A stretch of DNA of 63,040 nt, the filler included, from Octopus bimaculoides (taxonomy: Eukaryota): the NCBI RefSeq assembly GCF_001194135.2. It is 6 parts of 6 records of this genome, joined end to end, with 100 filler letters (N's around TTAATTAATTAA, not from the genome) between each part and the next. Parts side by side here need not be neighbours in the genome. Positions count along the whole stretch, not along the records: positions 1 to 8,405 come from NC_068999.1; positions 8,506 to 20,088 come from NC_068985.1; 4 more parts are not named here. One strand, given 5' to 3'. Positions within the stretch are counted from its first letter, which is position 1, and the number at the start of each line of letters is the position of its first letter. This document shows positions 1-14,241 of the stretch, in pieces. The notes beneath the pieces are model-generated. The model searched no databases and was not told where the DNA came from. It saw nothing but the letters and a program-made list of their open reading frames with translations. The translations under genes and the position numbers were made by a program.

Positions 1-129
1 GAGAGAGAGAGGTAGAGAGAGAAAGTGAGAGAGAGAAACGATGTACGTCCATCAGTCTTTCTCACTGCGCACGACTTAACACACAACAGGGTTAAAACTA
101 AAGTCTGCTTCATATCCATATGAATCTCA

Positions 130-168
<39 letters not shown>

Positions 169-199
169 AATAGATAGATAGATAGATAGATAGATAAGA

Positions 200-420
200 G
201 GTGATATGAAAAGGTTCCCGGACAAGTTATGTTTAAGAAAAAATAACTTATTTACCAGAGTTTTAACATCATCTCCTTCGAAATAGTCGCATTGCGTAGC
301 AATACACCGGTCTCTGCGTTCTTGCCACTTTTGGAATCCTGTCTGGAAGTCGGTTACGGTAAGCGAGTCGAGGACCTTCTGCGATTCGCTTAGCATCTCG
401 ACAACGGTGTTAAAACGGTG
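200..420 (-). mobile_element. Mariner transposase C-terminal fragment
   Basis: TDFQTGFQKWQERRDRCIATQCDYFEGD resembles the mariner W..R...C....G.YFE end motif. Confidence 0.75.
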
Positions 421-3400
421 AGATTCATCGTGACACAGAGTGTGACAAGGCTGGCCCTTTGAATTACAGGTACTACAGAAACAGGAAGAAAGAGTGAGAG
501 AAAGTTGTGGTGAAAGAGTACAACAGTGTTCGGCACCNNNNNNNNNNNNNNNNNNNNNNNNNNNNNNNNNNNNNNNNNNNNNNNNNNNNNNNNNNNNNNN
601 NNNNNNNNNNNNNNNNNNNNNNNNNNNNNNNNNNNNNNNNNNNNNNNNNNNNNNNNNNNNNNNNNNNNNNNNNNNNNNNNNNNNNNNNNNNNNNNNNNNN
701 NNNNNNNNNNNNNNNNNNNNNNNNNNNNNNNNNNNNNNNNNNNNNNNNNNNNNNNNNNNNNNNNNNNNNNNNNNNNNNNNNNNNNNNNNNNNNNNNNNNN
801 NNNNNNNNNNNNNNNNNNNNNNNNNNNNNNNNNNNNNNNNNNNNNNNNNNNNNNNNNNNNNNNNNNNNNNNNNNNNNNNNNNNNNNNNNNNNNNNNNNNN
901 NNNNNNNNNNNNNNNNNNNNNNNNNNNNNNNNNNNNNNNNNNNNNNNNNNNNNNNNNNNNNNNNNNNNNNNNNNNNNNNNNNNNNNNNNNNNNNNNNNNN
1001 NNNNNNNNNNNNNNNNNNNNNNNNNNNNNNNNNNNNCAGTAGTTATTTTGTATACTAATAACGAAAGAATACTGCTGAATACATTTTATCGTATGATTCA
1101 TAGGCCGTAGAGCATAGAGCTTTTTTATTTTCTCGTTTTCTGAAGACACAAAAGATATATATAAACGATATATCGGTTTCAAATTTTGATATTAATTTTA
1201 ATACAAGGCCAGCAGTTTCGCAGGTGATCGACCCCACCACTGCTCAGCTGATACTAGCCTACTAAGCATTTTACCAGGCGTGCTAATTAATCTCCCAAGC
1301 TCGGTGTCTACCAGAGTTAAATAATAATTCGTAAAATCTATTGAAAGCGTTGGTATTTATAGAAAAAAAAAAAAATCCGACGTAAATGATATGCGTTTTA
1401 TTTTATTCATATAATATCATTGTTGGGTTTTTTTCTGTGTCATTGAACCGCGATGATTGAGTAATATGAGAAGTATTATATGTAAAACTACGAGTATTAT
1501 TTCAACTGGCGTAACCTCTGTGAATTAAAAACGTGAGACGTTTCGCTCTAATTGGTTCTTATTATATTTACAAGGGCAAGTGTAGTGGATTCTCATATTC
1601 GATAACTGCCACATTAATTTTATATCATTCACATACTTATCTTTGTGTGTTGATATGAAGGCAAATGATGTAGTATTTAAGGTGCTGAGTCACGTTCATA
1701 AGGCTGAGGTTTCGATTCTTAGATTGGATGGGATGTTGTGTCTTTGAGTAAAACACATCATTTTCACTCTATCCAGTTGAAAATAACTACCGCCTGACTG
1801 TTGGTGCAGCACCCTTACCCCGTCTCTTTCCAGCTGTCGTATCCTTGATGTTCCACCGGGTTGAAATGTACAAAAGTTACCTTCTGAAGTCATACTGACT
1901 CACAAGGGCCGGTTTCCCGGAGACGCCGGTCCGTCGCTGGATCACTCATTTTTGCCGGATGAGTGGACTGGAGCAACGCGAATGATGTGTTTTGTTCAAG
2001 TACACAACGTATGGCCCGGTGCAGGAATCGAAACCACAGTCTTACGATCATGAGTCCAACACCCCTAACCACAAAGCCACGCGCCTACTCTGTTGAAATG
2101 TGGAGGGCACAGATGTTGTCTATATCTCCTCACGACCACAAAGAATCCAGCAATAATTAACGGCTGCAACGGTACAGAGTTATTTACAGACAGGCTTTCC
2201 GATTGTACGCAATGTTGGCCTGCTCGCCCAGCCAGCGGGTGGTGGGGGGTGGTGGCGTCATTTGGAAACTAAAACAATGCGAAGCGAATTCTAACCAGCG
2301 ACATATAACAACATCCGATATTCTGGGCGATTACGCTATATAAACATGTGTGTGTGTGAGAGAGAGAGAGAGNNNNNNNNNNNNNNNNNNNNNNNNNNNN
2401 NNNNNNNNNNNNNNNNNNNNNNNNNNNNNNNNNNNNNNNNNNNNNNNNNNNNNNNNNNNNNNNNNNNNNNNNNNNNNNNNNNNNNNNNNNNNNNNNNNNN
2501 NNNNNNNNNNNNNNNNNNNNNNNNNNNNNNNNNNNNNNNNNNNNNNNNNNNNNNNNNNNNNNNNNNNNNNNNNNNNNNNNNNNNNNNNNNNNNNNNNNNN
2601 NNNNNNNNNNNNNNNNNNNNNNNNNNNNNNNNNNNNNNNNNNNNNNNNNNNNNNNNNNNNNNNNNNNNNNNNNNNNNNNNNNNNNNNNNNNNNNNNNNNN
2701 NNNNNNNNNNNNNNNNNNNNNNNNNNNNNNNNNNNNNNNNNNNNNNNNNNNNNNNNNNNNNNNNNNNNNNNNNNNNNNNNNNNNNNNNNNNNNNNNNNNN
2801 NNNNNNNNNNNNNNNNNNNNNNNNNNNNNNNNNNNNNNNNNNNNNNNNNNNNNNNNNNNNNNNNNNNNNNNNNNNNNNNNNNNNNNNNNNNNNNNNNNNN
2901 NNNNNNNNNNNNNNNNNNNNNNNNNNNNNNNNNNNNNNNNNNNNNNNNNNNNNNNNNNNNNNNNNNNNNNNNNNNNNNNNNNNNNNNNNNNNNNNNNNNN
3001 NNNNNNNNNNNNNNNNNNNNNNNNNNNNNNNNNNNNNNNNNNNNNNNNNNTATATATATATGTATGTATATATATATATACATATATGTACAGAGAAGGA
3101 GAGAGAGATAGAGATAGAGAGAGATAGAGATAGAGAGAGAGAGAGAGAGAGAGGGTAGACAGAGAAGGTGGGGGAGGGAAAGAGATGAAAGGAGAGTACA
3201 AACTTCAAGTTTGAAACAATCTTTTTAATTTGTCAAGAAAAGGTCTTTTCTCTGCGAATCATTTGATGTGATTTTGTGAAAGTATTTAGTTAAAATGTAA
3301 CAGAAATGTCAGCTCCAATTTAGCGGTTGAAGCAGACGAAATCAGGAAAAAACGTACGCTGTTGACATTGGATAACTAAGATAGTTATTACGTAGCATGG

Positions 3401-3885
3401 TTCATGTTGCGATAGGGAGACACAGCTAACCACAAACCTTTGTTTTTTTATAATGTTTGTGGGACAAACAACGATCTAATGACCTACTATTTTAACCGCA
3501 CATCTTATATTGATAAGAAAATTCATGTATGAATGATAAATTGTTTTCGTTGGGTTGTCAGATAAATTTTCCCGTTTTCTTCATTCATTTTACTCCATCT
3601 CAGCCCATTACTCCGTGTTAGAGCCCCTAGTCACCTCCTCCGTAGAGTTTTCTCTGAAGCAACTGTCATTAGATTTTCTGACTGGATTCCCAAGCGAGAC
3701 TAACTAACACTATAAGCATGATCCAAACGTCCATTTTTTTTCTTTCCATTGTAATTTGGCTGCTCATGAAAAATAGCTTTATTGTTGTGTTTTACGAGTT
3801 ATTTTATGCTCTATTTTACCACTACAAATTTTGTTTATCGCTTTTGAAATTTGAATAAATTTTACCTCTATTAAGACATATGATA

Positions 3886-4260
3886 ATGGAGTACCAAATA
3901 GAAAAAAAAAAAGAAAAAAAGAATGAACGTTTTTAAAACCTGTTTCTCTTCGCTTCCAATTAATGCTCGAGACATTTGTGTTGTGTACGAAGAAGGCGGA
4001 TATTGCTGAAAGAACTGCACAGAAATGGTTGCTCACGCTTCAAAGAAGGAAAATTAATTCAACCTCAAAGATTCTCCGCATTCCAGCTGACATGTTCAGT
4101 TTAATAAGGATCAATTGAACGAGCTTATCCACGAGGATCTGCGCTAATCCACAGAGGAATCGGCCAAGCAGATAGGTCGTTTTGTGATAGCATCACCCGT
4201 CACTTTCACTCAGTGGTTAAGGTCCAAAACCTCGGTGCATTGGTGCCACATGCTCTAAGT
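3886..4260 (+). mobile_element. Mariner transposase N-terminal fragment (pseudogene)
   Basis: ARDICVVY..IAERTAQKW..RFKEG..LKDSP..LIHED..KVQNLGALVPHAL (HTH plus WVPHEL-like motif) with frameshifts. Confidence 0.8.
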
Positions 4261-4397
4261 TAAAGAGACAAACTCCGGTGCTCCTCTGTCGCCGTGGCTT
4301 GGATGAATTCTTCGAATCAGGATCCAGTGTGCTAACGATTCTGCCAGCTCGCCGTCTTAATAATAATAATAATAATAATGATAATAATAATAATAAT

Positions 4398-4809
4398 CCT
4401 CTCTTTATTGACCACAAGGACCGAATACAAAGACAAACAGGTTCAAAACAAAACAAGAGACAAATGGGGTTTAAAACAGAAAACGTGTAAACAATGGCAA
4501 AAATAAAAACAGTTCACAAAAAAATGAAACAACAAAATTCACCAATAGGGACGGGGTCCACCCAGGGCACCGTACACATCCTGGTCACCCCGACTACCAA
4601 GGGCACGCCAGGTAGGCACCCATCTTCCCCTCAACTACTCCGGCTTATAGATGAATATGCAGAGTAGGTCCATTCACATGAGCCATTTTCGCAATATTCA
4701 CTCACCTTTCAAGAAACTTCCTGGGGAGCAGTACTTCCTTCTCTACTCTCACTCTCCTTTTTCAAGTGGAACTTCAAAAAGTCGATGAGGGCTCGGCCAA
4801 AGATGAAAC

Positions 4810-4810
<1 letters not shown>
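4398..4810 (-). mobile_element. Tx1/L1-like LINE 3' fragment
   Basis: GRALIDFLKFHLKK homologous to 8190-8260 (+); AATAAA-containing tail; (TAA)n at both ends. Confidence 0.6.
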
Positions 4811-4876
<66 letters not shown>

Positions 4877-4999
4877 TCTTGTTCGAAACGTGATTCGTAT
4901 GCTGTCAAAAGAAACAGTTTGTTTATCAACACCAGCCTTAAGAAACTCATTTGGAATGCAAATATTTGCTTTCTCATATTTCCCTACTCTTCCTCCAAC

Positions 5000-5049
<50 letters not shown>

Positions 5050-5936
5050 CCACCACCACCACCACCATTATTATTATTATTGAGTGAGAGAGCAGTGAAT
5101 ACCATCAAAGTGACACTAGGATAAAATATACGAAGCCCATTATATCCATCATGACTACCCGTCTGATAAGGGTACACCAGGCACATGCATCACAACCATA
5201 TGTGCGCGACATGGTGATCTCATATCAAGATAAACAGCGCATGACCTTGCAGGTGGGGCCCAGTTAGNNNNNNNNNNNNNNNNNNNNNNNNNNNNNNNNN
5301 NNNNNNNNNNNNNNNNNNNNNNNNNNNNNNNNNNNNNNNNNNNNNNNNNNNNNNNNNNNNNNNNNNNNNNNNNNNNNNNNNNNNNNNNNNNNNNNNNNNN
5401 NNNNNNNNNNNNNNNNNNNNNNNNNNNNNNNNNNNNNNNNNNNNNNNNNNNNNNNNNNNNNNNNNNNNNNNNNNNNNNNNNNNNNNNNNNNNNNNNNNNN
5501 NNNNNNNNNNNNNNNNNNNNNNNNNNNNNNNNNNNNNNNNNNNNNNNNNNNNNNNNNNNNNNNNNNNNNNNNNNNNNNNNNNNNNNNNNNNNNNNNNNNN
5601 NNNNNNNNNNNNNNNNNNNNNNNNNNNNNNNNNNNNNNNNNNNNNNNNNNNNNNNNNNNNNNNNNNNNNNNNNNNNNNNNNNNNNNNNNNNNNNNNNNNN
5701 NNNNNNNNNNNNNNNNNNNNNNNNNNNNNNNNNNNCGATAAATTAAGTACCAGATGTAATCGACTAGCACCCTCCCCCCACCAAAATTGCAGGCCTTGTG
5801 CCTTTAATAGAAAGGATTATCATTATTGTCACTGTTACTGTTGTTGTTGTCGATCTCATTGTTGCTGCTGCAATTGTTATTGTTTTAGTTGTTGTCGTCG
5901 ACGTCGCTCTTCCTGTTGCTGTTGTTGTTGCAGTCA

Positions 5937-5982
<46 letters not shown>

Positions 5983-6834
5983 TGCTGCCGTTAGGGCTAA
6001 GCTCTTGTCCTTGTCGTGTCGTTGTTTCTGTTGCTGCTGTTCGTATTGTCATCACAATCACTGAGATTGTTTTCACATTTAGGTTCCGTTTTCTTTTTGT
6101 TTTTATTTCTTTGCTTGGTCTGTAAAGTCCTGGCATCCGGAATCGACATCCTGGTTTTAGTTTCTGTTTGCAATAGTTTAATTACATTAAAATCGGTGTC
6201 AACGACATGGACAGCACAATCGCTCATTTATCCAACAAACGTTAAAATCTTTTCATTTCCGGAGGTTAATAGCAGGAGCTGTTTTCGTGACTGCAGCAAA
6301 GATTTTAATCTAAGTTATCAACAACTAAACATATAAGCATGAAGTAGCCCGACCCCGCTTTTAAAACAATCACTTGTTATTACAATTGTTTCAAATTTTC
6401 GAACAAGGACAGGAATTTAGGAGGTGGGGTGACGGGAATAGTAAATTACATCAACCTTAGTACTTGACTGGTACTTTAATGTATTTTATTGACCCTAGAG
6501 AGAGGACTGGCAAAGATGAACTCGGTGCAATTTGATCTCAGAACATTGATGAGTCAGAAAAAATACCGCTAAGTATTCTGTCTGGCGTGTTTAACGATTC
6601 TTTTCTGTTCTAGGCACAAGGCCCGAAATTTTGGGGGAAGGGCCAGTCGATTAGATCGACCCCAGTACGCAACTGATACTTAATTTATCGACTCCGAAAG
6701 GATGAAAGGTAAAGTCGATCTGGACCTAATTTCAACACAGAACGTAACGGCAGACGAAATACCACTACGTAACGGCAGACGAAACTTGTATTGGTGTGAT
6801 GAAACATGTGCTACGAACCCAGTAGTTGTCAGGA

Positions 6835-6991
<157 letters not shown>

Positions 6992-7699
6992 GAAGGCGGC
7001 GAGCTGGCAGAATCGATAGCACGCTGGAAGAAATGCTTAGCGATATTTCACCCGTCTCTGCGATCTGAGTTCAAATTCCGCCGAGGTCGACTTTGCCTTT
7101 CATCCTTTCGGGGTCGATAAATTAAGTACCAGTGAAACACTGCGTTGGATGTAATCGACTCATTCTCTCCCCTAAAATTGCTGCCCTTGTGGCAAAATTC
7201 GAAACTATTATTAAGGCAGAATCGTTGGCACACCGGACAAAATGCTTAGTGGCATTTCGTCCGTCTTTACGTTCAGATTCAAATACCATTGGGAGCAACT
7301 TTGCGGTTATTCTTTCAGGATCGATGAAATGAGTACCAGTAGAGCACTGGGGGTGATGTGATCGACTAGTATCTTTTCACCAAATTTCAGGCTCTCTGTC
7401 CATAGTAGAAAGGATTTTCATTATCACGTGTTTTTTCTTCTTTCAATTTTAATTCCATTTCTTGCTGAGTGTCTTCCCGACACCTAGGACATAAAAACTC
7501 GCTGTACACATTGATAGGCGGCTAAAATAAACACACCAAGTTGTTCATTTATAGAATCAAATAGTTATATAGGAAAAGAATTTATTTATAAGGAAGTTTA
7601 TCGTTCTCACAGCTACAATGCTCTTCAGAATAAGCTGTGACGTATCAATTGCAAGCAATTTTTTGCACATCTTGCAGGGACGGTAAGCAAGGGATCATT

Positions 7700-8040
7700 C
7701 TCAAATAATTTTCATTTTTTTTTTTATCATTCCTAGTGCTCCTACAATCATGGTCTTTTTTTTATTGCAACCGCTTTGAAAAGCCACGTTTTTATTGTCT
7801 TCAATGAGAAAATCTTTATATTTTCTGAGCTTGTCAAATTCTTTTGCCGCAATATTATGATCACAAGGGATATCCCTGTCAATCAATAAATAAACTGTAT
7901 TATTTTCATCTTTCACAAGAATATCCGGTTTAATAGCTTAGGTGGTTATGTCTGTACGTACAGAGAAGTCTCAAAGAATCGTTACATTTTCTCCCTCGGT
8001 TACAGTCTCAGGGTGGTGTTTATACCAATTGTCAACAGTT
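7700..8040 (-). mobile_element. RLE-LINE endonuclease-domain fragment
   Basis: WYKHHPETVTEGENVTILWDFSVRTD..KPDILVKD..LLIDRDIPCD..IVGALGMIKK. Confidence 0.8.
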
Positions 8041-8405
8041 TTGATTTTAAAACGTAAACATCTTGACTAGTGAGGATAGCCCCGCGACCCTCTTTTGGCC
8101 GGGAGGGGCAGACAGTTTTTTTTATTTGTCTGGTGGCTGTAGCGAAAGAGGTAGTATGGTGGACCTGTTTGAAAGGGCTAAAGACAGACAACCTTCCTCT
8201 TTGGCCAAGCCCTCATCAACTTTTTCAAGTTTCACTCGAGAAGGAAGTTGAGGGTGGAGAGGGAAGTGTTGCCTTGTAGCAAGTTTGTTGAAAGGTGGGG
8301 GTGAATGTTGGAAAAAGGGTCAGTGTGAAAGGACCAACTCTGAGCATGCACCTGTAAAAGAAAGAAGGGCTTTTGCCTTGTTCAGGCACCCGTGGCTTTT
8401 GTGGG
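8040..8405 (+). mobile_element. Tx1/L1-like LINE C-terminal fragment
   Basis: LVAVAKEVVWWTCLKG..GQALINFFKFHSRRKLRVERE; homologous to 4740-4805 in opposite orientation. Confidence 0.6.
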
Positions 8406-11210
8406 NNNNNNNNNNNNNNNNNNNNNNNNNNNNNNNNNNNNNNNNNNNNTTAATTAATTAANNNNNNNNNNNNNNNNNNNNNNNNNNNNNNNNNNNNNNN
8501 NNNNNTACCCCCTGCCAAGATGGGTCGGTCGGTACACTCCTATCCTGCCGTTTTTTAACTTTCGCTGACCGGAAAGGGGCAGCTACGCTAAAAATAGCTG
8601 TGGTTGCCGACAAGACAAAGGAAATACCATTCTCCCCAACTGACCAGAGTACGGGTTCAAAACCCAGCCCGGGAGATAGGGATATAATGCCAACTGTATT
8701 TTCGGTCGTCGCATCAATATATATGTAAAGTGGTTGGCATTTGGAAGGGCATCCAGCTGTAAAAACCATACCAGAACTAACCTCGCCTATGCTTGTGCTG
8801 AGTCCACTCTGTGGAATGGTTGATGTTAAGAAGGGCATCTAGCTGTAAAAACTCAGTCAAAACAGACAAAGTAGCCTAGGGCAGTTTTCTACCTGGCCAG
8901 CTCCTGTCAGCTGTCCTATCCATGCATACATTGAAGACAGATATTAAATGATGATGATGATGATGTATATATATATATATTTTATATATATATGTATATG
9001 TATCTTATATATATACCTGGCATAGTCATGACTGTATGAGGCCTACCTTGCCTGTATGTGGCTCCAGATTTGGTTTTGTAGTGTAACACCTAGGGCAAGA
9101 GTCTTCTACTACTAGTTGACCATTACCTTGCAAGTGAAATTTGGTTGACAGAGACTATATAGAAGCCAGTATTGCATATGTGTGTGCATGTGTGCGTACA
9201 TGGATGTGTCTGTGTGTGTTGTGTGTATGTGTGTGTGGATATGCTATCCTTTGACTTGTTGGATCCTCTTGAACTATCCCATCCAAACCAGCATGCTAAA
9301 TGATGATATAAGAAAGAAAAAAGATCAAAGGACTTAGTAGAGCCATAGGCTAATAAGACTGGTTTCCCAAATTCTGCAGTGCGCAACTTCCCTTCTTGTG
9401 GCAGGTTGCTAGTCCATTGCAGGATTACTCATTTTTGCCAGTTGAGTGGACTGGATCAATGTGAAATGAAATATTTTGTGCAAGAACAACCAAACACATC
9501 AAGAATTGAAATCAAAACCTTACAATCACGAGTGCAGTACCTTAACCACTTAGCCATATGCCTTTTGATATTTTATATATAAAAATGGAGTTAAACACAA
9601 GTGTTATTTAAAAAAGAATTTGAATAACACCTGCGTTTAACTCCATTTATTTATTTATATATATTATACAAAATATTTCATGTAAACCCGGAGTTTCTAC
9701 CTTTAAAAACAAGGAATTACAACCTTTTTACTTGAGTGATTTTTTGCTACCCTGGTAACTATTTATCTATTTTTTCTGTGTTAACTGTTAACAAGGGAAA
9801 AATATACACATCTATATATACACCTTTATATATATATATATATATNNNNNNNNNNNNNNNNNNNNNNNNNNNNNNNNNNNNNNNNNNNNNNNNNNNNNNN
9901 NNNNNNNNNNNNNNNNNNNNNNNNNNNNNNNNNNNNNNNNNNNNNNNNNNNNNNNNNNNNNNNNNNNNNNNNNNNNNNNNNNNNNNNNNNNNNNNNNNNN
10001 NNNNNNNNNNNTATATATATATTTATCATCATCATCATTTCTGTTTTCCATGTGCTGGTGGGATGTAAAAAGTACCATTTGAATGTTGTTGATGCCAATT
10101 CTGCCTGACTGGCTCCCATGCTGGTAATACATAAAAAGCACCATTCGACCATGGTCAGTGCCAGTGCCACCTGACTGACCCTCATGCCAGTGGCACATAA
10201 AAAGCACCCACTACACTCTTAGAGTGGTTGGCTTTAGGAAGGGCATCCAGCTGTAGAAACCTTTCCAGATCAGATTGGAGCCTGATGCAGCCTCCTGGCT
10301 TGCCAGTCCTCAGTCAAACTGTCCGACCCATGCCAGCATGCAAAGTGGATGTTAAATGATGATGATGATGAATAAATAAATTACATCTCTGCATTAATGC
10401 ACAATATAAAATATCCTTCAAAATAATGCAGAATTTAAGCTATATTTATGTTCTTTTGCGAAAACTCCTCAAACAGTAGAACACAAGTAGGCTATTGGCT
10501 ACATAACAAGTTTTGGGGACCTTTCTTTCAGACAGGACCCACAATATTTGTCATCAATAGATACACCGATCCTTTCCTTGATTCAAGTTCAAATGACTCA
10601 CTCTCCTAAACCGCCTTCTTCCCATTACCACCATCATTACCATCACACACACACACACACACCCTAGATAGGATCCCTCCTTTACTTTACATTTTTTCCC
10701 AACTTTCCAGAAATCAGAGGACTTCATTGGGAAACCGAAAAAATGGAAACGAAAACGAAAAATGACATGACTTGACATGGCATGATATAAAATGAAATGA
10801 GTTAAAATTAAATTAAATACACAACTTCCCCACCACTGCATCACAGTCTCCCCCTATGCCAAGCTTCCCCCATCTACCTGCTGTTATTATTTCCTTGTAT
10901 CCCAACACCTATCTTAAAAAAAAAAATAACGATAAAGTTGAACCTGACATAACTTGAACCTTCAATTCTAAAGCCTGTTTCTCTGTCTGTCTGTCTGTCT
11001 CCCTCTCATACTGTCTCTCTTTTCTTACCTATCTCTCTCTTTTTCTCTCACTCTCTCTTTTTCTCATCTGCTAAGCCCTCTCTTTCCGTTCTCTCTCGCA
11101 CTCTCTCACTCCATCACCACAACATTACCTTTTAGAACTAGCTAATAATTTCCTCATTCAAAATTTCTCATGACAAAGGTTTGACTAACCCATTGATGAA
11201 TATAACTATT

Positions 11211-11243
<33 letters not shown>

Positions 11244-11676
11244 GCAACAACAACAACAACAACAACAGCAACAACAACTACTATTATTACCACAACTACT
11301 CTTAATTTTTTTTTATTATAGGTTCATTGTACTGTTATTTTTTCTTCCTCTTTTTCATGCTATTATTTATTTATATATTTATTATTGTTATTGTTTTTCC
11401 TTTTCATGTTTTATTTTCATTTTTTCCTATCATCATTGTGAGTGTGATGTGTATTCAATGTTTTGTGTTGTGTACGTGTGTGATATTGTTTAGTATTGTA
11501 TCTTTCAATAAAGCTTTTATTTCATAATATGAAAAAGCAGAAAAATAAACTGTAAGCTATTTTATTAATCTATGTAAGCAAGGTGATTTTCCATTGTCCC
11601 CTTTCATTCTAATCAATAACTGTAACTTCCATATAAATACATACATATACATGATACATATATATATATATATGTG

Positions 11677-11742
<66 letters not shown>

Positions 11743-12459
11743 TTTGTGTATGCATGGGTTTCTGTATATGTTTGTGTTCATATTCAAATATAAATATCTA
11801 TTCACACACACAGACATATATGTACACACACACACACACACACATATATACATAAATGCATTTAATTATATATACACATATACATAAATGCATTTATGTG
11901 TGTGAGTATATATATATATATGAATGTATATGACTTTTCAATAGTTTCTAGTTCACCACTAACTTCCTCATAAGCAGTATTGATAGAGAGAGAATAATTA
12001 AGAGAAGGGGGGGGCACAGAAAGAGAGGGGGGAGAAAGAAAGAGGGAACCAGGAGAGAGGGAAATAGTATATGTACATATTTAAACTACCACTCTGATCT
12101 TACCCATACTTTCGTCCAAATACATACATACATACATACATAAACATTCAACTATAAGTGTGTACATGTGTACACACAAACACAGACACTCACATGGTCA
12201 CATATATATATATACACACACAAATGAATATTCAAACTCAGACATTCTCTCTTTGTCTTACAGTCTCTGTGACATACATACATACATTCATGCATGCATA
12301 CAAACAATGCATGCGTGCACACACATGCACACACACACACTCACAAACACATACAATTAAATGCCGAGACCTGTCTCACTATCTTCGTATACATTATCTC
12401 TCAAACACAGACACATTTCTGTTCAATCATATATATTTATTTTTGTTGAGTGAAAATAA

Positions 12460-12461
12460 TG

Positions 12462-12495
<34 letters not shown>

Positions 12496-12818
12496 TACAT
12501 AAATATATATATATATGTGTGTGTATTTATATATACATGTGTATATATATGTGTATATATATATGTATTATGTATATATGTATTTATACATATATTTGTG
12601 TATATATGAATGTATGTATATGTGTGTATGTATGTGTATATATATATATGTATATATATAATATATATATATTTATAAGTATATATATGTATATATATAT
12701 ATGTATATATATATATGTATACATATATATATGTATGTGTGTGTATGTATTTATATATTCATACATATATACATGTGTGTGTATATATATATATATGTAT
12801 ATATATATGTATGTATAC

Positions 12819-12909
<91 letters not shown>

Positions 12910-12995
12910 ATACACACACACATATATGTATACATACATTGTATGTGTGTATATATATGTATACATTCATACACACAAATATACACGCACATATT
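12460..12995. repeat. Compound (AT)/(GT)/(AC) microsatellite field
   Basis: About 500 bp of near-continuous alternating purine-pyrimidine; explains the YIYI/CVCV ORFs. Confidence 0.95.
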
Positions 12996-14204
12996 ATACA
13001 ATCTTCATTTATGGTCTCTGTATAATGACCATGGTATAATAATGTGCTGTGTTAAACTTTTGAGGATGTGGAGGGTGTTGGTGCTGTAATGGCAGTGATG
13101 ACAATGACAGTAAAGATGACATTGATGATGATGAAGGTAATGGTGATGATGATGATCATTACATTAATGATTATGACTAGTACAGTTAAAGGTAGGCAAG
13201 GGGTGGAATCAAATAGGAACAATGGAGGAATGACAATTCAACGAAACATAGAGGAATGGTTTGAGTCTTTTGAGTCTTTCATACATTTTTATTTGAAGTA
13301 TAAAAAACATTATATATATGTGTGTANNNNNNNNNNNNNNNNNNNNNNNNNNNNNNNNNNNNNNNNNNNNNNNNNNNNNNNNNNNNNNNNNNNNNNNNNN
13401 NNNNNNNNNNNNNNNNNNNNNNNNNNNNNNNNNNNNNNNNNNNNNNNNNNNNNNNNNNNNNNNNNNNNNNNNNNNNNNNNNNNNNNNNNNNNNNNNNNNN
13501 NNNNNNNNNNNNNNNNNNNNNNNNNNNNNNNNNNNNNNNNNNNNNNNNNNNNNNNNNNNNNNNNNNNNNNNNNNNNNNNNNNNNNNNNNNNNNNNNNNNN
13601 NNNNNNNNNNNNNNNNNNNNNNNNNNNNNNNNNNNNNNNNNNNNNNNNNNNNNNNNNNNNNNNNNNNNNNNNNNNNNNNNNNNNNNNNNNNNNNNNNNNN
13701 NNNNNNNNNNNNNNNNNNNNNNNNNNNNNNNNNNNNNNNNNNNNNNNNNNNNNNNNNNNNNNNNNNNNNNNNNNNNNNNNNNNNNNNNNNNNNNNNNNNN
13801 NNNNNNNNNNNNNNNNNNNNNNNNNNNNNNNNNNNNNNNNNNNNNNNNNNNNNNNNNNNNNNNNNNNNNNNNNNNNNNNNNNNNNNNNNNNNNNNNNNNN
13901 NNNNNNNNNNNNNNNNNNNNNNNNNNNNNNNNNNNNNNNNNNNNNNNNNNNNNNNNNNNNNNNNNNNNNNNNNNNNNNNNNNNNNNNNNNNNNNNNNNNN
14001 NNNNNNNNNNNNNNNNNNNNNNNNNNNNNNNNNNNNNNNNNNNNNNNNNNNNNNNNNNNNNNNNNNNNNNNNNNNNNNNNNNNNNNNNNNNNNNNNNNNN
14101 NNNNNNNNNNNNNNNNNNNNNNNNNNNNNNNNNNNNNNNNNNNNNNNNNNNNNNNNNNNNNNNNNNNNNNNNNNNNNNNNNNNNNNNNNNNNNNNNNNNN
14201 NNNN

Positions 14205-14241
<37 letters not shown>

